Shown: positions 39,880-50,697, counted from the first letter of the whole stretch. The stretch: DNA of 63,991 nucleotides, filler included, from Candidatus Babelota bacterium (GCA_017999075.1; 6 parts of 6 records of this genome joined end to end with filler, not necessarily neighbours in it), one strand, 5' to 3'. Notes: generated by a model from the sequence alone, not told the origin. Program-made: numbers and translations.

Positions 39880-41647
39880 ATGTGTTCATCTTCATAATCA
39901 TTATTTAATTGACAGCGCCATGAAAACAGCCGACGCTGTAAAAAAAGCTTTTAAAGACAATCAACCTGCAATTGCAGTTACAGATCATAATCTTGTTTCG
40001 CTTCATATTAAATTCTATAATGAATGCATTAAATATAAAGTTAAACCAATCTTCGGATGTGAATGCTATTTTGTTGACGATGCTGATTCAAATTTAATAT
40101 TAAATGACAAAAATAAAGAACATATTATTATTATCGCAAAAAATTCTACAGGATTGGCTAATTTATACAAATTAGTTTCTCACAGCCGTATAAAATATCC
40201 TCTTAAAGAAAAAACTTCATTGGTGGATTGGAAACTTCTTGAACTTTATAAGTCAGGTTTAATAGTAACAAATGCCTGTATTTACGGAGTAGTGGCAAAT
40301 CAAATAATGAAAAACGGGAATTATAATTCACGCGCCGAAAAATTTTTAAAATTGTTTGGAGATGACTTTTATTTTGAAATAGGATATCATTATTTTCCTG
40401 ATCAGCGTTATGCTAATTTAAAAATAATAGAACTTGCCGAACAATTTGGAAGAATTCCGATAATAGTGAATGATTGCCATCATCTATCCAAAGAAGACTG
40501 GTATATTCAAAGCATGATTTTCAGAAAAAGTTTCAATATAAAAGACAATAGTTTTGCCTCTGAAACACAGGACAGTTATCTAAAAAACGAAAAAGAAATG
40601 ATCGAGCTCGGATATGACAGAAAATTTTTAACTGAAACCGTTCTGCTTGCAGATAAAGTTGAATTAATAAACCCTGTTAAAACGCTAACAGAATATTCGT
40701 CTGATTCTTCAATTATAAAACATGAATCGGAAACTAAATTAGGCAATTATTGCCTTGCTTCTGATTTATCCCGTATTTCACCAAAAGAATCAATTAAAAT
40801 TTCTTCAGAATATTTCGGAATTGATGAAAACGAAATTTTAGAAATTTCATCTAAAATAGACCAGCACGCTTCATTAGCGGAAAATTTCGAATCAAATCTT
40901 GAATTAAGAAATTATCTTGAAAATAATCCTATGGTTAAAGAAGCGGCTTTTAAACTCGAAGGAATAGTTACTGACATTATTCCTGATTTTGACAAAGTCA
41001 TAGTTAATAATACAGGAATACTTCCTTTGACAACCTGTCATAAAATGATGGCAATGTCCCAATTATGTTCTGAAGATTTAAACGGTATTGCTGAAATAAA
41101 AAAAACAGCCGAGGTAGAAAAAATAAAAATATTCGTTGATAAGCTTTCCATATTTTCTTGCGCATTAAAAAATTACGACAACGATGACAACAACAATGCA
41201 GTCAAAAAATTTTCCGAACTTGAAAATGACACAGAATTCGGAGATACAGTAAAATATTATACTGCCAATGCGTATTATTTCAATAATAATTTCAAAAAAG
41301 CCGGAGATTATTATAAAAATATAATCAATAAAAATTTTGATGATGAAAAAAAATACTGGATGCTTAATTATTATGGATGGATAAATTATAAATATTACAA
41401 AGATGTATATGAAGCTGAAAATCTTTTAAAAAAAGCAATCTCAATCTGCAATACTAAACCAAATGCTTATTATTTGCTCGGAATAATATATTTTGATAAC
41501 AAAGATTTTGAAGCTGCAAAAGAAAATTTTTTAATTTTCATAAAAAATGCAAAGAAAAAAGATAAAACCAAAGTAAAAAAATCAAAAGAATTTATTGAAA
41601 AAATTAATATTGCCGTATCACGGAACAATTCTATTCAGAATTCATAA
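39880..41647 (+). CDS. DnaE-type PHP domain + TPR protein (not a complete polymerase); start region ambiguous
   Basis: AVTDHN, KPIFGCECY, AKNSTGLANLYKLVS, FYFEI, NDCHH; HLHNH lies in frame upstream of track start 39920; C-terminal TPRs; no PDIDxD palm motif. Confidence 0.72.
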
Positions 41648-41683
41648 TTTTCAGGATGTTTTTTTAAGGAAGGATGATATTAA

Positions 41684-42904
41684 ATGAAAATTTTAACTAT
41701 AAACAGCGGAAGTTCATCGCTTAAATTTAAAGTTTTCAATATGGCAACTGACCAGCTTCTTGCAAAAGGATTATGTGAAAGAATAGGACTTTCAGAAAAA
41801 GGTTCTGATTTAAATTATAAAAATATTGTTTTAAATAAAACCAAAACAGAAACCATACCTGCCACATCTCATTCAGAAGTTCTTGATTATATATTAAAAC
41901 TCTTTATAGACAAAGATTACGGGTTTCTCGAAAACATTGATGAACTTATAGCCGTAGGTCACAGGGTATTGCACGGAAAAGATGTTTATGGAGATTCCAC
42001 TTTAGTCACAAAAGAAGTCATAGAAATTTTAAAAACTTTTATTGAACTCGGTCCTTTACATATGCCGGCTAACATACGCGGAATAGAAGCATGTATGGAA
42101 ATTATGAACAATAAGCCTATGGTCGCAGTATTTGACACATCGTTTCATCAAACAATGCCGGCCGAAGCTTTTATGTATGGAATTCCTTATGAATACTATA
42201 CAAATTACGGAATACGCAGATACGGTTTTCATGGAACTTCTCATAAATACGTAACTCAAAAAGCAGCAGAATTAACAAATAAACAGATAAAAGATATGAA
42301 TCTTATTACTCTGCACCTCGGAAACGGGTCAAGCATAACAGCTGTAAAACGCGGAAAGGTTATTGACACATCTATGGGGTTCACTCCTCTTGAAGGAATA
42401 ATGATGGGAACCAGATCAGGAGATTTAGATCCTGCCATAATACCGTTCTTACTTCATAAACTTAATTGCGACTGGTCAGATATAGACAGGATACTTAATA
42501 AAAAAAGCGGACTGCTCGGATTGTCGGGATTAAGCAATGACATGCGCGATATCATGGAAAAAAAACATGGCGGCGATGACCGCGCTAAAATAGCTTATGA
42601 CGTATTTGTCTACAGAATAATAAAATATATCGGTGCTTATTATACTGCTATCGGAGAAAAACTTGATGGTATAATATTTACTGCAGGGATAGGAGAAAAT
42701 GCTATTGATTTGAGAACTGATGTTTGCTCAAGGCTGTCAGTTTTCGGAGTAAAACTTGATGTTGAAAAAAACAAAATAATTTCGAATTCTGCAAGACTTA
42801 TAAGTTCAGCAGATTCGTACATAGACATTTATGTAATTCCTACTGACGAAGAATTATTGATTGCAAAAGATACGTATGAGATTTATAAAAAAATCACAGA
42901 TTAA
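41684..42904 (+). CDS. ackA: Acetate kinase
   Basis: INSGSSSLKF, GHRVLHG, VFDTSFHQ, RRYGFHGTSH, HLGNGSS, GTRSGD, FTAGIGEN, PTDEE. Confidence 0.97.
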   Translation: MKILTINSGSSSLKFKVFNMATDQLLAKGLCERIGLSEKGSDLNYKNIVLNKTKTETIPATSHSEVLDYILKLFIDKDYGFLENIDELIAVGHRVLHGKDVYGDSTLVTKEVIEILKTFIELGPLHMPANIRGIEACMEIMNNKPMVAVFDTSFHQTMPAEAFMYGIPYEYYTNYGIRRYGFHGTSHKYVTQKAAELTNKQIKDMNLITLHLGNGSSITAVKRGKVIDTSMGFTPLEGIMMGTRSGDLDPAIIPFLLHKLNCDWSDIDRILNKKSGLLGLSGLSNDMRDIMEKKHGGDDRAKIAYDVFVYRIIKYIGAYYTAIGEKLDGIIFTAGIGENAIDLRTDVCSRLSVFGVKLDVEKNKIISNSARLISSADSYIDIYVIPTDEELLIAKDTYEIYKKITD

Positions 42905-42982
42905 ACCAATAAAAATTAATGCAGTATCTAAAAATACATTTAAGGTCAATTATTATATTTCTTATGGTTAATATACAAAACA

Positions 42983-44037
42983 ATGGAAAAATTATTTATA
43001 ATTGATTCGCATTCATTGATTTACAAAGCATATTACGCAATTCAAAATCTTACCGATTCAAAAGGAAACAGCACTAACGCAGTTTATGGTTTTATTAAAA
43101 TGCTTTTAAAAATTATTGAAATATACAATCCTGATTATCTGGTTTCAGTTTTCGATGCGAGCAAAAAAACATTCAGAAATGAATTATATGCTGATTATAA
43201 AGCAACGAGACAGGCTACGCCCCCTGATTTAATTCAGCAATTCAGCGTTATAAAACAAATAATCGAAAAAATTAATGTACCTGTGATTCAGCTTGCAAAT
43301 TACGAAGCAGACGACATCATAGGGACATTTGCAAAAAAATTCAGTTCACAATACAGCGTATATATAATTTCCGGAGATAAGGATTTGACTCAAATTGTAG
43401 ACGAAAATATAACTATACTGAATACAAAAAAAGGAATTTTGGAAATCGATCTTATAGACAAAAATGCAGCGGAAAAAAAATACGAAATTAAACTCCGTCA
43501 ATTTACTGATTACCTTGGACTTATCGGAGATTCATCAGACAATGTTCCCGGAGTGAAAGGCATAGGTCCTAAAACTGCCATCAAATTGTTGAATCAATTT
43601 GATTCTATAGAATCCATTTATAAAAATATTAGCCTCGTTTCGCCGGAATCCTTGAAATCAAAATTGATAGAAAATAAGGAAATGGCGTTTTTAAGCAAAA
43701 CACTAGTTACTATAAATATTAATTCTCCGGTTGAACTCCATTTGACCAGATTTAATAAACAAAATATTGTCAATCTTAAAGAAACTTTTGAAAATCTCGA
43801 ATTTTATTCACTTATAAAAGAATTAAATTTAACAGTCGGAAGCGGTAAACAATTTAATTCATGCGAATCTAACCAGCCTGAACAATCTCCTATTCTTCAA
43901 ATAACAGAACTTGAATCTGAAAATACTCTTGAAAAAGAACTGAGCGGCACAAGTGAATTATTCTTATATTCTTCAAAATTGAATTTAAAAAAAGTTCTGT
44001 ATATTTTTATGCCAACCAAAATTTTATACTTTTATCC
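42983..44037 (+). CDS. polA: DNA polymerase I, N-terminal 5'-3' exonuclease domain, truncated at contig end
   Basis: TNAVYGF, FR...Y.DYKATR, YEADDIIGT, SGDKDL.Q, GDSSDNVPGVKGIGPKTA. Confidence 0.9.
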
Positions 44038-44137
44038 NNNNNNNNNNNNNNNNNNNNNNNNNNNNNNNNNNNNNNNNNNNNTTAATTAATTAANNNNNNN
44101 NNNNNNNNNNNNNNNNNNNNNNNNNNNNNNNNNNNNN
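44038..44137. other. Artificial contig linker
   Basis: N44-TTAATTAATTAA-N44. Confidence 0.98.
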
Positions 44138-44347
44138 TTAAAAAATACAGGCAATTCAAATGTTTCTATAATTACATTTAACGTAATTGAAAAGAACAAT
44201 GATAATAAAATAGAAAACAATAGAATGCAGAATTTAGCTGATTCATATAAATACAATATCAATGATATTGAAAATTTATTTGCGTTAAGATTTGAAAAAA
44301 TTAAAGATAATAAAATTTTAAATAAAATAAATTTAATAGATAAATAA
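44138..44347 (+). CDS. 3' end of an unidentified ORF upstream of the giant secretin
   Basis: Open frame from the contig edge (LKNTGNSNVSII...KINLIDK*) ending 17 nt before the secretin ATG. Confidence 0.5.
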   Translation, partial: LKNTGNSNVSIITFNVIEKNNDNKIENNRMQNLADSYKYNINDIENLFALRFEKIKDNKILNKINLIDK

Positions 44348-44364
44348 ATTCTTAGGGGGCCATA

Positions 44365-47300
44365 ATGTTTCGTAAATCAAGTATAATTTGTTTAATAATA
44401 TTTTTATTAGGTATTATTTTATTCGGCAGTAATAAATCTGCAATCGGTGCGTCAAATCAATTGTTTGATATGGGAAAATCTTATTATGACGCGGGAAAGT
44501 TTGATGAGGCGGTTAGTATATTAAAGAAAGCTTTTGATGAGGATCCTACAAACGATAAGATTCTTGATTTACTGGTAAATGCTATGGTAAAATCAGAAAA
44601 ATCCACCTCCACAAAAAAAACAGCAGATGAGAAAAAAGATGATATTTTAAATAAATCATCGATTGATCAGCAACAGGCGAAATCATCATTAGACAGATCT
44701 GTATTAGAAGGATTAAAAAGCGAAGAATCCAATAAATCTACAAAAGAGTCTGTTGAATTGAAAAATCAAAATATAGAAGGAACGGAAAACATTCGGAAAT
44801 CAGAAAATGCTGTTTCTGTAAGTCAGCCGGCAGTAACCATTCCAGTGAACTTAATGCAATTAAATAATGCAGGCGGGAAAATTCTTGTTTTTGAACAGAC
44901 TGACCGTAATAAATCCGTATTTGCTGATAAACCGGCAATTTCAAAAATTGAAACTGTTATTTTCAGCGATATAACAAGATTTATTATTGAAACAACGCAG
45001 CAGGTAAATTTTGTTACTGAAAAACTTCCTAATCCTCCAATGTTAGTAATTGATTTGCTTGATACTGTGGATAATTTACCACGCGGAAAAAATTTTCCTG
45101 TAAATACCGGAATCATAAAAAAAATCAGGCATTCGCAATATAGAGAAATCCCGGCTAAAACAGCAAGGATTGTAATTGATCTTACAAATTGGAAAAATAA
45201 CACTTATACTGCAACTAAATCAGACAATAAAATCATTGTAGAGCTTGTTAATCCTGTAAGCATTCCAGGAGTAGGGCAATCTAATGTTATTGCTTCATCT
45301 CAAAAAAATATATTATCTCCTCAATCAAATGTACAGCAACTTAAAAAAGAAAAAATAGACATTGAAATTTTGTCATATGGGAAAAAACAGGTAACTGGTT
45401 CTTTGTGTGAACAGCCGATAAAACTTAAAGTTACAAAAAATGGAAAACCGGCTGATGGAGAAAAAGTGATTTTTGAATCGTTGACACCTTCAGCAGGATT
45501 TAAGATATTTGACAGAATATCTTCGACAATTGAAGCAGCAGTAAATAACGAAGGTTATGTTGTTATAGAAAATTTTTATTCAAGACCTGTTCAGGGAGAA
45601 AATCAAATAAGGGTTTATGCGGTTAATGACAATAGTTCTTTAAAAAATATAGTAATAGAAAGTATTTTACCGACACCTGATAAAATTGTAAAAATTTCAG
45701 GAGATAATCAGAAAGTAAATTTAAACAGCATCAATCAGGAACCTTTTATTGTTGAAGTACAGGATAAAAAAGGAAATAAAGTTGGACCTGGAATTCCTGT
45801 AATTTTTTCTACAATAAGTAAAGGATGCAAAGTTGATGTTAATAATTCTAATTCTTTTGAAAATGAAGTCGTTGTATATACAGACACTTCAAGCCGTGCG
45901 AAATGTGATAAATTAGACATAGGTTCAGAACCAGGATTAAAAGTTTTAAAAGCAAGCATACTTGTTGACGAACCTGCAATAATGCCGACTCGTTTACTTG
46001 TAACATCACAATCAAATTTAACTAATGCAGTGGAAACATTAATACAGGGAATGAAATATAAAGTTTCAAATGATATAAGTATAATGGTATTTGAAACTGC
46101 GGATACATTTAATTTTAAAACTGTACGGGATGATTTATATGTTTCATTAAAAGAAGGAGGCAGTATCGAATTATATCCGCATTTGAATGCTCTGTTTGTT
46201 TCAGATGAAAACATATTTTTATCAGATATACCCGGAAAAATAATGAATTACGGTAATTTTAAAATAACTACTAAAACTTTAAGAAGTGTAGATTTTTCTG
46301 TAAGCGCTTCTCCGCGTCTTGTAACAGTTAATTTTAAAGGAGCTGAACTGATAGATGTTATCAGGACATTGGCTGAACTTGGAGACTGGAATATAACTTA
46401 TTCTGAAGAAGATGTAAAAGATAAACAGGTTAATTTGCATTTGATAGATATACCAGCTATATCTGCTCTTGACACTATACTTGATATGAACGATTTAACA
46501 AGAGTTCAAGATGGAAATATAATGAAAATTGTTTTAAAATCAAAAGCAGCCACTAACGCGCTTCCAATCCGTCCGGATTATTCTGAAGATTTGGGTATTG
46601 GAGATAATTTTGTTACACAGATAGTTCCGTTAAACAATGTTGACGGACAAAAGTTATTGACTACAATATCGGAATTAAAATCTGAAAACGGTAAAATCAG
46701 TTATGAACAAAATACAAACAGTTTATTGATTACAGACAGTAAATCGAAAGTAAAACAATTAGTTCAGATAATAAAAACTTTTGACATATCTGCCAAAACA
46801 GGTCAGGAAGATATAAGAATTTATAAATTAAATTATGAAAAACCGTCTAAGATTAAAGACATATTAACAGCTTTACTTGAAGCTGCTAAAGAAGAAATCG
46901 AAAAAAACAAAATTCAGGAAAAATCAAAAAGCAGTAAAGCTTCTAAAAATGAAGCGTCCAAAGATGCAGCTTCACCAGAACTTGAATCAATTGAAAAAAA
47001 AGATTTGTCTGCAGGAAGAAAATTAAAAGGCGATGCGAAAATAATTGATTATGATGAAAAGAAAATGCTGTTAGTTCAGACAACTTCTTCAAACCATAAA
47101 GTAATAGAATCTCTGATTAAAGATTTGGATAATAATGAAGATAAAAAAACATTGAAAGTAATAGAATTATCAAGATTTCCTCATATTGATCCTAAAGATT
47201 TGAAAAATTTGATAATTAACCTTAAATCTCTTGAGGCTAATATTTATAAAGACCCTAAAAATCCTGATGCTGATTTGTTTGTTCCTGAAGAAGGTCTTAT

Positions 47301-50300
47301 AATAAAACGCACTAAAAGCGATTCAGGGAAAGAAAAAGATATAATTGATTATTTTATAGTATTCCCGAAATATCAGATATTTACTTCAGCAGATAAACTT
47401 TTAATACTTGGAAAATCAGATGTTATAGATGAAGTAAGTATAGTTATTGACGAATTATTAGCAAATTTCGGAACTGATGAAAAATCCGGATTTGCTTTAG
47501 AAAGTCTGTTATCAAAAGATAAAGTAACCAAACGCGTTACATTGAAGCATATAAGCGTAAAACAGTTTGAAGAATATTTTAACAGCAATAACTGGCCGCT
47601 TCCATTATACTTAACAGGTTTTGAATCTAAGACCGGGCGTGAAGATATTCTTCTGATAGGTGAAAACAGTATAATAAATGATTTTATTAAAAAGGTTAAT
47701 CTGGTAGATATTCCTGAACTTAAAGATTTAAAATTGGATGGAGTAACTTTGGAAATGATTCAGTTGAAGAATTTGGATGTATCCAATGAAGATACAAAAA
47801 AATGGATTGATGAAGTAATATTGCCGCTTCTTGGCGCTGGAAGTTCTGTAACAAGTATGGGGGGCTCAAATAGATTATTGATCCGCGCTAAAAACAGCAA
47901 TGTGAACATTGTTAAGGAAATTATTGAAAAAGCCGATAACTATGTAATTAATTCGAAACGTATTACTTTAAAAAATATTACTTCTAAACAAATTGAAGAA
48001 TATTTTAAAATGATGAATTACGGTATTCCTCCGTATGTAGGAAATTTGCCGTCAAGTTCAGGAAAAGAAGATATAATGGTATTTTTATCTGATGCCATGA
48101 TAGAAAAATTTAAAGAAAAACTTGAAGTTATAGATATTCCGGCTTTAAGCGCATCAAAACTTGACGGAGTAGCAGTGGAAATATATACTTTGAAAAATAT
48201 TTCAATTGAAGATTTGACTGATCAAATGGTTGTTTTAGAATCAGCATTAAGTGTTGGAGATGAAAATGGAGGACAGCCTGGTTCTATAACTATAATAAAG
48301 AATTCTAATTCACTGGTTATCCGTGATAGAGTATATAATGTTAATTCTGTTAAAGATATTTTGAAGAAACTTGATAAAGAACGCAGCATAGACAGTGTTA
48401 TGTCAACTGAAATTGTTACTATGCGAAATATGGAAGTAGGTTCTCTTAAAAATACGTTTAATAATTTTTCAAATATTAAATCAACTAATGGTGAAGTAGT
48501 ATTTGATTATGTGTCTAATTCAGTTGTAATCAGAGATTATCAGCCAAATATAAAAAGATTAAAAGAAATATTTGAGAAACTTGATGAAAATGCTAAGAAT
48601 AGTAATTGGATGGTTACAAAAATTTTTAATTTGAAATATTCTACAGTATCAGATAAATTAGCGCAAAATAATGTTAAAGTAACAAAAATAAGCGATGTTA
48701 TAGACAAGATAATTACAAGTTCTGTAACCACTCTTGATGCGAAAGACGGAAAAATTTTTGGAAACGTTGCTTATGATGAACGTACTAATTCAATAATAGT
48801 AACCACTTTTAGAAACCTTATGCCGCAGGTTGAAAAATTGATAGCTCAGTTAGATAAACGCGAAAAACAAATTATGATTGAAGTTCTGATAGTTGAAAGA
48901 GAAGTTTCTAACAGTGATGTCCTTGGATTTAATACTATGTTTGGAGTGGACAGATATTCTTCTTTTAATGATGCAACAGATGCAGCAGTTGATGCGACTA
49001 CAGGTAAACCTATTGACAGAGTGAACTTTAATGGATTCGGCGCAGGATTTCAGCCTGGCAGAATTGAAGGCGCTCCATTCTGGCTTACAATAAATGCAAA
49101 ACAGTTTGCAGCAGCGCTTGATTCTCTTAAGACAACTTCAACAGCTGAAGTATTATCAAACCCTAAAGTTTTAACAATTAACAATCAGCCTGCCTTTGTA
49201 GAATTGAAAGATATTATTCAAACTCCAAAATATGAAAAAGACGAAAATGGCATATTTAAACCTGTAGATCCTGATAAAACGGAAATACCGCTGTCATTAA
49301 CAGTTGTTCCTCAAATTAATCACGATAGAGAAGTTCTTTTAACAGTTGATTTGAAGGTTTCTACTTTACCTGCTGATTATGATAAATCTCTTGGTTTGCC
49401 GCCGTCGCCTACAGACAGAATTATAAATAATATGTTTTATATAGCAGATAATCAGACAATAGTTATTGGAGGAATAATAAAGAAAGAAAACAGAAATGCA
49501 GAATCCAAAATACCATTATTTGATTTTCTTGACAAAGTGCCTATACTTAATATGCTATCGAAAAAAACATCAAAATCTAATTTGAACAAAGAATTACTGA
49601 TATTTATTACACCTCATATAATTGAAGGAACAATACAGACTGAACAAATTTCTAAATCGGTGAAAGATAAATACAGCAGTATTGTATATAATAATTTTTA
49701 TTTAAATACGGCTTCACGTAGCGATATAGTAACCTTATACCTGAATTCTATTTATAAAAACTTATTAGAAAATTATTATGAAAAAAACAGGAAACTTGGT
49801 AAAGCAGAATACAATATTACCAAAACTCTTCCTGCATGGCTTGTGAAAGAGAATGTAGCTGAATTTGCCGATGTTCTTGCAAAATCGATAATCAGATACC
49901 GTGAACAGTTCGGTCCTTTTACAAATTTTGAACAGATTCAATTTGTTCAGTTTAATTTTATGAATACTAATATGAATATTAAAGAAGAACTTTATACTGA
50001 ACTTGCAAGTCAGACTTTGCTGAATTTAAATATAAATCTTGTTACTGCCGAAGAACTGTCAAGAATAAAAGGTTTTACTTACAATATAGCGCAGAATATA
50101 ATTAATGAACGCAACAAACTTGGTTATTTTAAAGATAAGAATCAGGCGAGATATTATATTATAAAATATGGAATTCCTGCAATGTATTATGATGAGTATA
50201 TCGGTAAAATACTTGTTGTTGGAGATATGAAAGATAAAGACAGTAATCAGACTCTGAATGATTATAAATATTTGACTGAAGAACCTGTACAGGTTAAACA

Positions 50301-50694
50301 GGATGATATGAATATTCCGGTTAGACAGATACCTGATAATAATATTTTATATCAGGATAATAATACAATACAGTATTACCAGGAACCGCAAGTTCAGGAT
50401 AGAAGTACGTCTATAAATAGCAATGAATTGCCTCCGCTTCCTCCTTTGCCGGAAGCTGGTTTAGAACAGAACCGGATTGAATCGAATCAGCAGTCAAGCA
50501 ATGGTAAAACAAATATAAATTCAGCGAGTATAGAAGAATTGCAGAATAAACTTGGTATAAGTAAACTTGACGCTATGCTGATTGTAAAATACAGAGAAAG
50601 AATAGGAACTTATTCATCAACTGAAGAATTGAAAAACGTTTATGGTTTGGATAAAACTTATGAAGAAATAAAAAATAAAATTACAGTCAAATAA
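44365..50694 (+). CDS. Giant PilQ-like secretin: TPR-AMIN-Ig-like-STN-(N)x~9-secretin-(ComEA-like HhH)x3
   Basis: Signal peptide; AMIN (PPMLVIDL..IRHSQY..RIVIDL); Ig-like (ISGDNQ..PFIVEVQD..GN); STN (VTVNFKGAELIDVIRTLA); secretin C (QIMIEVLIVE, LSNPKVLTINNQPA, TIVIGGII, ELLIFITPHII); HhH modules (NINSASIEEL..LGI...A..IV.YRE.IG.Y.S.EELKNV.G). Confidence 0.88.
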   Translation: MFRKSSIICLIIFLLGIILFGSNKSAIGASNQLFDMGKSYYDAGKFDEAVSILKKAFDEDPTNDKILDLLVNAMVKSEKSTSTKKTADEKKDDILNKSSIDQQQAKSSLDRSVLEGLKSEESNKSTKESVELKNQNIEGTENIRKSENAVSVSQPAVTIPVNLMQLNNAGGKILVFEQTDRNKSVFADKPAISKIETVIFSDITRFIIETTQQVNFVTEKLPNPPMLVIDLLDTVDNLPRGKNFPVNTGIIKKIRHSQYREIPAKTARIVIDLTNWKNNTYTATKSDNKIIVELVNPVSIPGVGQSNVIASSQKNILSPQSNVQQLKKEKIDIEILSYGKKQVTGSLCEQPIKLKVTKNGKPADGEKVIFESLTPSAGFKIFDRISSTIEAAVNNEGYVVIENFYSRPVQGENQIRVYAVNDNSSLKNIVIESILPTPDKIVKISGDNQKVNLNSINQEPFIVEVQDKKGNKVGPGIPVIFSTISKGCKVDVNNSNSFENEVVVYTDTSSRAKCDKLDIGSEPGLKVLKASILVDEPAIMPTRLLVTSQSNLTNAVETLIQGMKYKVSNDISIMVFETADTFNFKTVRDDLYVSLKEGGSIELYPHLNALFVSDENIFLSDIPGKIMNYGNFKITTKTLRSVDFSVSASPRLVTVNFKGAELIDVIRTLAELGDWNITYSEEDVKDKQVNLHLIDIPAISALDTILDMNDLTRVQDGNIMKIVLKSKAATNALPIRPDYSEDLGIGDNFVTQIVPLNNVDGQKLLTTISELKSENGKISYEQNTNSLLITDSKSKVKQLVQIIKTFDISAKTGQEDIRIYKLNYEKPSKIKDILTALLEAAKEEIEKNKIQEKSKSSKASKNEASKDAASPELESIEKKDLSAGRKLKGDAKIIDYDEKKMLLVQTTSSNHKVIESLIKDLDNNEDKKTLKVIELSRFPHIDPKDLKNLIINLKSLEANIYKDPKNPDADLFVPEEGLIIKRTKSDSGKEKDIIDYFIVFPKYQIFTSADKLLILGKSDVIDEVSIVIDELLANFGTDEKSGFALESLLSKDKVTKRVTLKHISVKQFEEYFNSNNWPLPLYLTGFESKTGREDILLIGENSIINDFIKKVNLVDIPELKDLKLDGVTLEMIQLKNLDVSNEDTKKWIDEVILPLLGAGSSVTSMGGSNRLLIRAKNSNVNIVKEIIEKADNYVINSKRITLKNITSKQIEEYFKMMNYGIPPYVGNLPSSSGKEDIMVFLSDAMIEKFKEKLEVIDIPALSASKLDGVAVEIYTLKNISIEDLTDQMVVLESALSVGDENGGQPGSITIIKNSNSLVIRDRVYNVNSVKDILKKLDKERSIDSVMSTEIVTMRNMEVGSLKNTFNNFSNIKSTNGEVVFDYVSNSVVIRDYQPNIKRLKEIFEKLDENAKNSNWMVTKIFNLKYSTVSDKLAQNNVKVTKISDVIDKIITSSVTTLDAKDGKIFGNVAYDERTNSIIVTTFRNLMPQVEKLIAQLDKREKQIMIEVLIVEREVSNSDVLGFNTMFGVDRYSSFNDATDAAVDATTGKPIDRVNFNGFGAGFQPGRIEGAPFWLTINAKQFAAALDSLKTTSTAEVLSNPKVLTINNQPAFVELKDIIQTPKYEKDENGIFKPVDPDKTEIPLSLTVVPQINHDREVLLTVDLKVSTLPADYDKSLGLPPSPTDRIINNMFYIADNQTIVIGGIIKKENRNAESKIPLFDFLDKVPILNMLSKKTSKSNLNKELLIFITPHIIEGTIQTEQISKSVKDKYSSIVYNNFYLNTASRSDIVTLYLNSIYKNLLENYYEKNRKLGKAEYNITKTLPAWLVKENVAEFADVLAKSIIRYREQFGPFTNFEQIQFVQFNFMNTNMNIKEELYTELASQTLLNLNINLVTAEELSRIKGFTYNIAQNIINERNKLGYFKDKNQARYYIIKYGIPAMYYDEYIGKILVVGDMKDKDSNQTLNDYKYLTEEPVQVKQDDMNIPVRQIPDNNILYQDNNTIQYYQEPQVQDRSTSINSNELPPLPPLPEAGLEQNRIESNQQSSNGKTNINSASIEELQNKLGISKLDAMLIVKYRERIGTYSSTEELKNVYGLDKTYEEIKNKITVK

Positions 50695-50697
50695 ATT

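Noticed and set aside
43860-44037. polA appearing as a stand-alone 5'-3' exonuclease
   Set aside because: ORF runs into the contig end; truncation is an assembly limit
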